Assembly: GCA_020056305.1 (NCBI GenBank)
Contig: JAGVIA010000034.1
Location: forward strand, 1-32,000
Source of the DNA: an archaeon
GTDB taxonomy: Archaea > Micrarchaeota > Micrarchaeia > Anstonellales > Anstonellaceae
Length of the DNA stretch: 32,000 bases
Direction: 5' to 3'
Shown piece after piece: positions 31,211 through 32,000 of the stretch; the first letter of the stretch is position 1; each line of letters begins with the position of its first letter. The notes under the pieces are model-generated. The model saw only the letters and a list, made by a program, of their open reading frames with translations, was not told where the DNA came from and made no database searches. A program made the translations under genes and the position numbers.

Positions 31211-31846
31211 ATGGCTACTATAAGGAAGAATGCATTTTTCGGCGCACTGCTGATGTGCGGCATCATCGTAATTGGTGCGCTGGCTCCTTTTGCCGCGGGC
31301 GAACGGTTCACAAACGCCCAGCTTTACAGCCCAATTATTGCGGATGACAACAATTTCAACTATGCAAACCCATACAACGGATACTGCCAGATTCTATCAA
31401 GCGAACGGATCGTCCGCAGATTCTTCCCATTATGCATAAATCTCCTTCCGGCAGGCGCAAACTGCCGCCTCGGGCTGGTTTGCCAATCTGGCGTGTGCGA
31501 GAATGGAACTTGCCTGCCTTTGGAGATATGCGCATCTGCGCACGAAGCGTGCGAGTCAGAAGCGTGCTGCCCCAGCAACACGTGCGTTGCAAACGGAATT
31601 GACATGTGGCGCATCTGCTGGCCGGATTCGCAATGCAGGGGAACAAATATCCAATGCGCCAGCTCATCAGAGTGCTGCCCCGGCTCAAGCTGCATCCCCT
31701 CTGACGGGGAAACAAGCTTTTGCTGGCCGGATTCGCAATGCAGGGAATTCGGCCCATGTGCAAGCTACTCGGACTGCTGCCCCAACTTCCAATGCCTGCT
31801 CCCATACCCGAACGACGGGAGCGGCGGCATGTGCGGCAGATACTAG
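31211..31846 (+). CDS. secreted small cysteine-rich protein C (211 aa): Sec-type signal + 3-4 tandem knottin-like modules
   Basis: An AGGTG SD lies 7 nt before the ATG at 31211 (the track starts at a GTG at 31202). The signal is MATIRKNAFFGALLMCGIIVIGALAPFAAG. The modules are CASAHEACESEACCPSNTCVANGIDMWRIC, CRGTNIQCASSSECCPGSSCIPSDGETSFC and CREFGPCASYSDCCPNFQCLLPYPNDGSGGMC, joined by CWPDSQC. The gene is divergent from protein B. Confidence 0.75.
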   Translation: MATIRKNAFFGALLMCGIIVIGALAPFAAGERFTNAQLYSPIIADDNNFNYANPYNGYCQILSSERIVRRFFPLCINLLPAGANCRLGLVCQSGVCENGTCLPLEICASAHEACESEACCPSNTCVANGIDMWRICWPDSQCRGTNIQCASSSECCPGSSCIPSDGETSFCWPDSQCREFGPCASYSDCCPNFQCLLPYPNDGSGGMCGRY

Positions 31847-31919
31847 CAGCATGCAAATTCTGCAAGGCTAGCCGAGGCATATCAATGCAGGCTGCGGCAG
31901 CCTTGAAAACAGGGCTTTC

Positions 31920-32000
31920 CTATTGCTTCTTTTTTGCGCCAAGCTCGAATTTTGCGCCCGGCACCGCTGCCGCAAGAAGAATTTCAATGTGCGCTGCAAG
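31920..32000 (-). CDS. 3' end of an unidentified gene (last 26 codons: ...LAAHIEILLAAAVPGAKFELGAKKKQ*)
   Basis: The minus-strand frame is open from the right window edge to the TAG (complement of 31920-31922). It is too short to assign. A palindrome AGGCTGC-G-GCAGCCT at 31889-31903 lies between it and the convergent gene C. Confidence 0.3.
   Translation of the reverse strand, partial: LAAHIEILLAAAVPGAKFELGAKKKQ

Noticed and set aside
31356-31880. 174-aa and 111-aa minus-strand ORFs
   Set aside because: They are antisense to protein C. Protein C has an SD, a signal peptide and regular Cys modules; these ORFs have none.

Overview
This is an archaeal chromosomal window. The evidence is an archaeal-type LeuRS, Trm5, an MJ1184-type riboflavin synthase, a complete LysW-carrier lysine/ornithine cluster, NadM-type NMNAT, secF-secD gene order, TATA boxes about 22-28 nt ahead of start codons, GGTGA-type SD sites and class III signal peptides. 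I recognised no rRNA, tRNA or CRISPR array.

Positions 1-25,060 are mostly housekeeping genes:
- trm5 and leuS
- DUF2000 and a Nudix-like gene
- an MFS transporter
- ribB-ribC-ribH-ribD
- an MBL hydrolase, arsC and an ACT protein
- lysWXYZJK
- ferritin and a class IV aminotransferase-like gene
- secFD, purH and nadM

Several unannotated oddities are embedded in this part:
- a LysW-like 41-aa zinc ribbon followed by two tandem micro-ORFs
- three perfect hairpins in front of lysW
- a duplicated promoter block around an orphan ORF
- two paralogous three-way-junction leader-like elements with compensatory base changes around a small HTH gene
- a third structured element with a 13-bp closing stem upstream of purH

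Positions 25,063-31,846 are the accessory part and the most interesting. Two tandem ~970-aa proteins have type IV prepilin-like (class III) signal peptides and a pilin-like N-domain. These are fused to huge cysteine-rich cargo made of many C-C-CC-C-C knottin-like modules, CARDB domains, a PA14-like domain or a six-blade RCC1 propeller. A divergent 211-aa secreted protein is built from the same knottin-like modules.

All calls come from reading the sequence and recalling family motifs. No database search was run. Many long ORFs in the supplied track are antisense shadows of real genes and were rejected.
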